From: Oculatellaceae cyanobacterium bins.114
GTDB taxonomy: Bacteria > Cyanobacteriota > Cyanobacteriia > Elainellales > Elainellaceae
Direction of reading: 5' to 3'
DNA length: 19,112 nucleotides
Assembly: GCA_033764315.1 (NCBI GenBank)
Contig: JANRJA010000054.1
Coordinates: 1-19,112, forward strand
Shown here: one piece after another, positions 10,465 through 17,190 of the stretch
Layout: each line of letters begins with the position of its first letter
How positions within the stretch are numbered: position 1 is the stretch's first letter
Position numbers and translations under genes: made by a program
Notes under the pieces: model-generated
Database searches by the model: none
Told to the model about the DNA's origin: nothing
Seen by the model: the letters and a program-made list of their open reading frames with translations, nothing else

Positions 10465-10493
10465 ACTCTACGTGAGATGACGATTTTTGTAAA
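10465..10493 (-). promoter_or_regulatory. Predicted sigma70-type promoter of the Xre gene
   Basis: Minus strand TTTACA-N17-TAGAGT; the spacer/-10 overlaps a degenerate operator copy (TCTACGT-gag-ATGACGA, 10467-10483). Confidence 0.6.
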
Positions 10494-10501
10494 TTATAAG
10501 G

Positions 10502-10533
10502 TTGACATTAATCTACGTTAGACGTAGATTAAT
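10502..10533 (+). promoter_or_regulatory. Sigma70-type promoter with overlapping perfect palindromic operator
   Basis: TTGACA (10502-10507)-N17-TAGATT (10525-10530); ATTAATCTACGT-tag-ACGTAGATTAAT (10507-10533) is a perfect 12-bp inverted repeat. Confidence 0.8.
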
Positions 10534-10607
10534 AAACATTAGACAGGCGGTTGGGTTTTCTACATCTGTGCGCCCCTAGCACTGCCTTCTAACTCACCCA
10601 ATATTCA

Positions 10608-11027
10608 ATGGAGTTTTATATGACATCTGCTCAGCCTACTCAGTCTGCGGCTCAAACGCGTGCGTCTGTTGATCTAACCGCGGCAACCCCTAACTCTTCG
10701 GTCTCTGCTGAGGTGACACAACCCCATCCTGGAAATCAAACTCATTTCAAATCGGCGGGAGAAGATCGAGGATCAGGTCGGGTGCAATTGGCGCAACCGA
10801 TTCCTTTATCTAAGTCGTGTCGCTCCAAAATAAAACAGCCTATGGACAATAATTCACTCAGATTGATTGCCATCGGTTCTCGACAAACCTTGATCAACAA
10901 CATGAAAATGCTTCACATGTTGAACTATGCCGAAATTGGAGCTTGGAGCAAACTCCAACGTGGTCCTAATCCTGGAGAGTTTATGAGTGTTTTAACCCTG
11001 CGATCGCCCCATCCCTGGATCTCATAA
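10608..11027 (+). CDS. Hypothetical protein with internal RGSGR motif and a cyanobacterial-type C-terminal domain
   Basis: 139 aa (alternative start 10620); EDRGSGR with RGSGR at 10767-10781; the C-terminal LIAIGS...LHMLNYAEIGAWSKLQRGPNPGEFMSVL resembles a small cyanobacterial family I recall lying divergent from Xre genes. Confidence 0.8.
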   Translation: MEFYMTSAQPTQSAAQTRASVDLTAATPNSSVSAEVTQPHPGNQTHFKSAGEDRGSGRVQLAQPIPLSKSCRSKIKQPMDNNSLRLIAIGSRQTLINNMKMLHMLNYAEIGAWSKLQRGPNPGEFMSVLTLRSPHPWIS

Positions 11028-11071
11028 CCTCAACGTTGATTAAAGTCCTTCAGTTGTGATGGAGCAAAGCA

Positions 11072-11668
11072 GTGCAATTCTTTTCTAACCGCCTTGGCAA
11101 CGTTTCCAATCCACACCAATCCTATGAATATGAGGATGCGTACCAGGATGAGGCCAGGTATGCCAATCACCACAGTCACTATAGCCATGATTACAACGCT
11201 AGCTATGACAATGGCTACAATAACAGGCCAGATGAGCATTACATGGGTGGTTCCTCCTATTCCAATAGACCGCACTATCAATCGGGTGATGCCAATACTT
11301 ATGCCAGGGGCGATTACCCGCCGCGATCGCCCTATCCCAATTCCACTACTCCGACACCGGGCAACCGTAGCTCAGGAGCAGCCAGCAAGTTTACTCACAT
11401 TGCCGAAGCAGGTCATCGAATCACTGAGGTATTGGTCATAGAACCCACTTCCTTTGAAGAAATACCGTCTGTGGTTCAAGCATTACGAGATTACAAATCT
11501 GTAGTGTTAAATCTAGCTGCCATGAGTCCAGACTATACACAACGGGCTATTGACTTTATCACAGGTGGTACTCATGCCATGGATGGAAATTATGAACGCA
11601 TTGGTGAAGGAATTTTTTTGTTCACCCCAAGTTGCGTTCAAGTTAGTACTCAAGCCCACTCCACTTAA
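11072..11668 (+). CDS. sepF: Cell division protein SepF family paralogue
   Basis: C-terminal EVLVIEPTSFEEIPSVVQALRDYKSVVLNL...QRAIDFITGGTHAMDGNYERIGEGIFLFTPSCVQVS is the SepF core; GTG start, short amphipathic N-terminus (MQFFSNRLGNV), long Y/H/N/D/S-rich linker. Confidence 0.88.
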   Translation: MQFFSNRLGNVSNPHQSYEYEDAYQDEARYANHHSHYSHDYNASYDNGYNNRPDEHYMGGSSYSNRPHYQSGDANTYARGDYPPRSPYPNSTTPTPGNRSSGAASKFTHIAEAGHRITEVLVIEPTSFEEIPSVVQALRDYKSVVLNLAAMSPDYTQRAIDFITGGTHAMDGNYERIGEGIFLFTPSCVQVSTQAHST

Positions 11669-11681
11669 GCAACGAATGAAT

Positions 11682-11717
11682 TTAGATCTCCAACTTGAGC
11701 AAAAGCTGGAGATCTAA
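11682..11717 (+). terminator. Stem-loop immediately after sepF (terminator or 3' stabilising hairpin)
   Basis: TTAGATCTCCA (11682-11692) / TGGAGATCTAA (11707-11717), perfect 11-bp arms plus inner CTT/AAG; no long U-tract. Confidence 0.6.
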
Positions 11718-12335
11718 GATAAACACTCTTGAAAGTGCTCTATATCTATCTCCTAACGCTCAAAAAACACGTCTTGATAGGGTGGTGAATCACTGAGATA
11801 TTGCTAAGTTAAAGCATAACTTTTGCAAAGGCATTTTACGCAATACGCTTACATTAAGCAATCAATCAGCATGAATTGCACAAATCAAATTAAGCTTATT
11901 CCATTTAGCAGAGCAAATTACTAACTGAATGGGTAGCTTTTTTCATTGACTCAGTTTTCTTTTTAGCCCCTATAGTAATTATTGCTATCGGAAGCAAAAT
12001 CATCGACTGCTTCTCCAAAAAATAATCAAACTCATTTTTATCAACTAAATTAAAACAGCTCTAGATCACAAAATTAGTTCTATTGTAAAAGACTTTATGC
12101 TGTACCTGTCAGAAGAATTGAAGGTTAATTATTTCACAGCATGAATTAGAGCAGGGTCAAAAAGTCGATTGGAAAGTAAGATGTTTTATGTATAGACACT
12201 TTACAATTTGAGGCAAAATGCGGGGCTGCGAGGAAAGATTCGTCGCTTAAAAATACAGAATGGCAGTACCATAAGTCTCCCCTGTCAAAGTTTTCGTAAC
12301 GGTTTAAACATAGAGTAAACACAACAGATTAGTAT

Positions 12336-12375
12336 GAGGGCTGATCCTCATATGGGGTGTCACCCTCTTTTTTTT
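12336..12375 (+). terminator. Intrinsic-terminator-like hairpin with T8 tract in the leader of the 12430-16903 gene run
   Basis: GAGGG-c-TGA-t-CCTC-atat-GGGG-tg-TCA-CCCTC followed by TTTTTTTT. Confidence 0.5.
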
Positions 12376-12429
12376 AAATAAGGATTTCCGTATTATCTAT
12401 CCACAAGTAAGACTTCATATATTCTCACT

Positions 12430-12762
12430 ATGCGACACAATCCATCTGCATCTACCTCCGTTCTACTAACCCATTACTGTTTTGATTTAGAAGAACAGAC
12501 AACTGAAGAAGTCGTGAGAAACTGGTTAGCTGAATATCCTGCTAAGTGGGTTCTCTCAGCAATTGTTGAAGCACTCTATCAAGGACGCTATAAAGTTGCA
12601 TCGGTTGAAAAAATTCTGTTTCATTGGCGTCTTCGGGGTCAGCCAACAAGCCATTTTGATCGAGAGTTTGCTGACTTGGTCTGTTGTAATTTGTTGCGTA
12701 GGGCACGATTAAGAGCACAGAAAATGAGAGCCAGACAGACCCTTTTAGACGCGATCGCCTAG
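12430..12762 (+). CDS. Conserved cyanobacterial hypothetical protein, DnaD/DnaB_2-like helical domain (paralogue 2)
   Basis: 110 aa; AIVEALYQGRYKVASVEKILFHWRLRGQPTSHFDREFADLVC; ~57% identical to 9209-9736 over 88 aa; basic C-terminal helix. Confidence 0.82.
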   Translation: MRHNPSASTSVLLTHYCFDLEEQTTEEVVRNWLAEYPAKWVLSAIVEALYQGRYKVASVEKILFHWRLRGQPTSHFDREFADLVCCNLLRRARLRAQKMRARQTLLDAIA

Positions 12763-12857
12763 CTTAACTCAAGCTAGCTCAGGCTGCTTCTTTGTTTGCA
12801 CTGTGGTTAGACTCTCTATTGTTTCAATGGACACCGTTTAGTTAATACTTTAATGCC

Positions 12858-13682
12858 ATGTCTACTTGTTCTGTGAGTCCATCTAATGTTGACATCGATA
12901 CCTATTTTGATACGCTGGATTTCGATGTCTATGATTTTGATGTAACAGCTACCTTAATTAAAGCGAGCAATTCTGACTGCAAATTTCGATTACCTGTCCC
13001 TGCCTATCCCGTTACTCATTCCGAAAGCAAAGCACCCCACCGACAACTTGCTTTAGAGCAGGCCGCCTATGAAGTCAGCTTACTCGCTCGACAGTTAGAC
13101 AGCTCACCCTTCATCCTTGAGCCTTTTGAAGACATCTATCGAGTTACAAATCCACACCGGGCTAAATCTCGGTCGGCTCTGCGCCATCTATCTGCTATTG
13201 TTTTAGGGCTGACCGTATCTATCCTCCCGGTGTATGCCTATTACAGTCACTGCTCAACAGCGATGTCGTGTCTCTATGGGGCTAAGCATCAACTGATGGG
13301 AGTGGTTAGCGGCGCGAAGCAGTTTCTCCGTTGGGGCGATCGCCCTCCAACCATGCAGGCACTATCCAACACGATCTCTAGTGCTCAAACACCTGTCCCC
13401 GTTAGTGATCCCTTCAGAGAAGCTGTCAACCAAGCCACACGAGCCGCTGAGCTAACCCAAACAGCAACCCAAGCAGCCGACTGGGAAACAGTCACCAACA
13501 GTTGGTTAGAAGCGATTCGATTGATGAACTTAACACCCTCTACCAATCCTCGATATAGTACAGCTGCACTCAAAGTTGAGGAATATGCCAAGAATCTAGC
13601 CTATGCTCAACGCCGCTTGAGAGAAGCCACTCACCTAACTGAAACCCAGACCACTTCATCTCCAGCCAAGCAGATTGAGTAA
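12858..13682 (+). CDS. Hypothetical single-pass membrane protein with C-terminal alpha-helical domain
   Basis: Hydrophobic segment LSAIVLGLTVSILPVYAYY; C-terminal DPFREAVNQATRAAELTQTA...W...W.EAI.LM...P...PRY..A..KV.EY..NL.YAQ, a pattern common in cyanobacterial hypothetical proteins. Confidence 0.78.
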   Translation: MSTCSVSPSNVDIDTYFDTLDFDVYDFDVTATLIKASNSDCKFRLPVPAYPVTHSESKAPHRQLALEQAAYEVSLLARQLDSSPFILEPFEDIYRVTNPHRAKSRSALRHLSAIVLGLTVSILPVYAYYSHCSTAMSCLYGAKHQLMGVVSGAKQFLRWGDRPPTMQALSNTISSAQTPVPVSDPFREAVNQATRAAELTQTATQAADWETVTNSWLEAIRLMNLTPSTNPRYSTAALKVEEYAKNLAYAQRRLREATHLTETQTTSSPAKQIE

Positions 13683-13710
13683 CACAGGTAGCTAATAAGC
13701 CAGCACATCC

Positions 13711-15825
13711 ATGAAATACCAACGAGCTATGTTATCAGGAGCAGATGTGGTCAAAACACTAGCCTTAAGCATTTTTCAAATGCTGTTTGAGTCTAGTAGC
13801 AGAGTACTCTATCAACTCAACGAATCACTCCAACAAGAAGTATTCAAAGCGTCTAATAAATACAACCAAAACTACTCTGAACGACACGGCACACTCAAGG
13901 TGTTGGGGATGCGAGAGCCAATTCCACTGGAATCGGTGTATATTGCAGTGCAGTTTTTAGACAACAACACGATTCGTCGGTTTGAAACCATCGAAGCGTT
14001 AGAGAATGTCTATCGTCAGGCACAGCAGCGAAGCCTTTATAACGGGGTGGGCAAGCGTAAATCTGGGCTAGAAGTAGCCAATCAAACCCAATATATGATG
14101 GTCTTGGGTGGACCTGGGATGGGGAAGTCTACTTTTTTACGCAAGGTGGGGCTAGAGATCTTGACCCACAATCAACCACCTTGTTTTCAACATGACTGCA
14201 TTCCTGTGTTGATTGAGCTAAAAGAGTTTCGGTTGAGCGACATCAACATTGAGGGGGCGATCGCCAACGAGTTTGAAACCTGCGGATTCCCATATCACCA
14301 AAAATTTACTCGGGCAGCCCTGGAGCAAGGAAAGCTACTCATTTTGTTAGATGGACTGGATGAAGTCCCTGCCGAACGGATGAGTGAAGCCATTGCTAAA
14401 ATTCGCAACTTTGTCGATCGCTATGACAAAAATCGCTTTATCATTTCCTGTCGGATCGCCGCTTATCGGCACAACTTTCGTCGGTTTACCGATGTTGAAA
14501 TTGCAAATTTTGACGATCAACAGATTTATCAGTTTATTCAACATTGGTTTGCTCACGATGCTTACAAAGGGCAAGAGTGTTGGACAAAGTTAGTGAGTAG
14601 TGACTATGCAGCCGCTAAAGAGTTAACCCATACACCGCTCTTATTAACCCTGACCTGTTTGCTCTATCAACGGGCAGGTCAGTTTCCGACTAATCGAGCC
14701 ACCCTCTACGAAAAAGCACTCCGCACTCTGTTAGAAGAGTGGTCTGGAGAGAAAGGGCTTCCTCAAGCCTCTCTGTATCGCGGACTCGATACAAAACGAA
14801 AGGAACTCATGATCTCTAAGATTGCCTATGATGCCTTTCAAAACAATCGTTTCTTTTTGTCTAGACGCGAGCTTGCCAGTCAAATTGAGCATCTGTTGAA
14901 AGAAATGCTGCCAGATGAACCCTTCATTGACGGGTATGCGGTTTTGAAGTCTATCGAAGTTCACCACGGTATTTTGGTAGAACGAGCTGAAGGCATCTAT
15001 TCGTTTTCTCACTTAACACTGCAAGAGTTTTTGACGGCTCAGCACATCATCGACACTCGACAAGATGTTCAAGAGGTGGTGGTGCAACATTTGGTAGATC
15101 ATCACTGGCGAGAGGTGTTTTTGTTATTAGCGGGATTGCAACAAGCTGATGAGTTGCTGGTCATGATGGAGAAACAGGCGACTAGTCTGATTCAGACACC
15201 CAATCTGCGTAACTTGCTAACCTGGGCAGATCAGATCACTACCGGATCTGAAGGAAGCTATAAACCTGTTGTCAAACGGGCGATCGCCATGTTCTTAGCA
15301 CTCGATTTGGCTCAAGCTTTAGCACTGGATCAGGCACGAGTCAGAGCTTTAAATTTGGATATCGATCGCGCTCGTAATCTTGCCCTGGCACTTGACCACA
15401 CCCTGACATTAAATCGGGCACTTGATTTGGCATTGGTGCGGGCACTCGACCTGTCTCGTGCGCTCGATCTAGTCATAGACATTGCCCATAAATTTGAAGA
15501 GATCAAAATTTTTCACCTGGTCAAATTTAATGTGCTAATTGCTTGGCTAGATGCACTAAAAGTTAAAGCTCCCCATTACCAAAAAACGTTGGCATCCCGT
15601 AAAGCATTTATTGAACAAGTTCATCAAACCTGGTTAAATGCACTCAATCTACATCGAGAATGGATCAATTTGTCACGCAGCGAAGTCACAGCCCTCGATC
15701 AATATCTTTTCGCAAATCTGTTAATAGTTCAGTGTAGGCGATCGGCTGTATGGGTTTCACCCCAAACCTGGGAAACGATTGAGGATAAAATCATGCGGGT
15801 TAGTGCAACCTATACTAATCTATAG
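13711..15825 (+). CDS. NACHT-domain STAND NTPase
   Basis: Walker A GGPGMGKST, Walker B LLILLDGLDE, ISCR, TPLLLTL, YSFSHLTLQEFLTA, WREVFLL; C-terminal (R)ALDLA-type repeats and helical domain. Confidence 0.93.
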   Translation: MKYQRAMLSGADVVKTLALSIFQMLFESSSRVLYQLNESLQQEVFKASNKYNQNYSERHGTLKVLGMREPIPLESVYIAVQFLDNNTIRRFETIEALENVYRQAQQRSLYNGVGKRKSGLEVANQTQYMMVLGGPGMGKSTFLRKVGLEILTHNQPPCFQHDCIPVLIELKEFRLSDINIEGAIANEFETCGFPYHQKFTRAALEQGKLLILLDGLDEVPAERMSEAIAKIRNFVDRYDKNRFIISCRIAAYRHNFRRFTDVEIANFDDQQIYQFIQHWFAHDAYKGQECWTKLVSSDYAAAKELTHTPLLLTLTCLLYQRAGQFPTNRATLYEKALRTLLEEWSGEKGLPQASLYRGLDTKRKELMISKIAYDAFQNNRFFLSRRELASQIEHLLKEMLPDEPFIDGYAVLKSIEVHHGILVERAEGIYSFSHLTLQEFLTAQHIIDTRQDVQEVVVQHLVDHHWREVFLLLAGLQQADELLVMMEKQATSLIQTPNLRNLLTWADQITTGSEGSYKPVVKRAIAMFLALDLAQALALDQARVRALNLDIDRARNLALALDHTLTLNRALDLALVRALDLSRALDLVIDIAHKFEEIKIFHLVKFNVLIAWLDALKVKAPHYQKTLASRKAFIEQVHQTWLNALNLHREWINLSRSEVTALDQYLFANLLIVQCRRSAVWVSPQTWETIEDKIMRVSATYTNL

Positions 15826-15912
15826 CAATCTCAAATGGGTTGTAAGAGGCGCATCCCTCAGGTGGTCGCCTCTCACAACTCACCCACCTCACAACTGATT
15901 TAGAACTGCTAT
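15821..15912. mobile_element. ~92-bp MITE-like dispersed repeat between the NACHT gene and hetR
   Basis: Imperfect terminal inverted repeats TATAGCAATCTCAAATGGGTTGTAAG / CTCACAACTGATTTAGAACTGCTAT, internal hairpin AGAGGCG...CGCCTCT; related ends recur at 18974-19092; supplies the NACHT TAG stop. Confidence 0.75.
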
Positions 15913-15946
15913 GTCGTGAGCGTTAAAATGTTTGTTTGTTATTAAA

Positions 15947-16903
15947 ATGTCAGACCAAATTTCGTATTCAAACTCTATATCTGGAAGGAACATCAATCAT
16001 TATACCAATCATGATTTGAAGGCTTTTGAGATCCCTAACTCCTGTGCAACCGATCAGATCTTGATCCGACTAGCAATTAATATCATGCAGGGTGGGGGAC
16101 ATCGCTATGGTGCTTTTTTAGATGCCGCTATGACGGCTGCAAAGTTTGCGATCTATACAACCTATCTCAGTGAAGGAAAAAACTTTCGCAAGACGGGGCT
16201 GTTGCACCACGTTGAACCCAAACGGGTGAAGACCATTGTTCAAGAAGTGGAGTCTGCCTTAACAGAAGGCAAATTGCTCAAAACCCTGGCCTCACAAGAG
16301 CCCTACTACTTAATTTGTCTTCCCCATCTGTGGTTAAAAAAGTATCCCTGGACTCCGGTTCAGCCTCGATTGCCGATGATTGGCTTAACACAGGAAGAAA
16401 AGTTGGAGGTTGAAGCGTCTCTGCCAGATAACTTACCAAACGCCTTGGTCACTACAGAGTTTCAATTTATGGAACTGATTGAACTGCTGCATTTAGAATC
16501 ACAGAAAGATTTACCAGATGCGCATCGCGTTCCCCTCAGCGATGCCCTAATTGAGCATATCAAGTTGCGGTTACTCTACTCTGGTACAGTAGTGCAAGTT
16601 CACTCGCCACGAGGGTTTCCCTTTTATTGTCTGGCACGCACCTCTTATTCTCCTCAAGATGAGCGAGAACGGATCTATACCATGTTTGAGGATGTAGACG
16701 GTTTTTTTCAACTCTTACAGGCTTGGGTTAATAAGGAGCCTGGGGTTTTACGAGGGTTAGAAGTCTTTGAAGTAGAGCTTGAGCGCAAAGACGAAGCCCT
16801 GCAAGAATTGGACAAACTCATTCAAGCCTGGGCCGACAAATATCATCAAGAAGGCGGACAGCCTATGGTTTTGCACTTAGCCGCAGGTACTATTACAAAG
16901 TAG
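15947..16903 (+). CDS. hetR: Divergent HetR-family transcriptional regulator (probable hetR paralogue)
   Basis: GHRYGAFLDAAMTAAK, HHVEPKRVK, EGKLLKTLASQEP, EHIKLRLLYSGTV, ELDKLIQAWADKYHQEGG align collinearly with HetR; ATG 15947 (ORF track TTG 15932); N-terminal extension relative to the 299-aa HetR. Confidence 0.93.
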   Translation: MSDQISYSNSISGRNINHYTNHDLKAFEIPNSCATDQILIRLAINIMQGGGHRYGAFLDAAMTAAKFAIYTTYLSEGKNFRKTGLLHHVEPKRVKTIVQEVESALTEGKLLKTLASQEPYYLICLPHLWLKKYPWTPVQPRLPMIGLTQEEKLEVEASLPDNLPNALVTTEFQFMELIELLHLESQKDLPDAHRVPLSDALIEHIKLRLLYSGTVVQVHSPRGFPFYCLARTSYSPQDERERIYTMFEDVDGFFQLLQAWVNKEPGVLRGLEVFEVELERKDEALQELDKLIQAWADKYHQEGGQPMVLHLAAGTITK

Positions 16904-16931
16904 AAGCAATATTATGTAGAAGCAATATTAT
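16900..16931. repeat. Perfect 16-bp tandem duplication over the hetR stop codon
   Basis: GTAGAAGCAATATTAT x2. Confidence 0.9.
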
Positions 16932-17190
16932 ATCGAGCGCAGGTTATCGGCTCACTCAAATCTTGCAATTGGCAGCAATGCCCTTGCAACAGTGGTAGCC
17001 CCTAAATCTTCCCGTCTTGAGACTTTGGGAATGAGAAGCCCCCCAACTTGAGAGAATCACTGCCAGCTTGACAGGTATAGCTTTGGTTAGAAAGCTTAAG
17101 GCAAAGGCAATGGCTCAAATCCTGATGCTGGGAAAGCTTTCTGACTCGCCTCCGCCCCATCGACTGTGGTCACGGCTATACTCCACTGGC

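Noticed and set aside
10608..11027. Calling the RGSGR gene patX, patS or hetN
   Set aside because: No N-terminal signal peptide, motif is mid-protein, no SDR domain, and I saw no DIF1 (TCCGGA) promoter motif upstream.
12190..12204. NtcA site upstream of the 12430 operon
   Set aside because: Spacing is GTA-N9-TAC rather than the required N8.
12210..12270. c-di-GMP-I riboswitch-like words (GGCAAA...GAAAG...CGC)
   Set aside because: Spacing and stems do not fit the motif; would need an Infernal hit.
9209..16903. Prophage or integrative element interpretation of the Xre switch
   Set aside because: No integrase, structural, replication or transfer genes; HIP1 sites are present as in the flanks.
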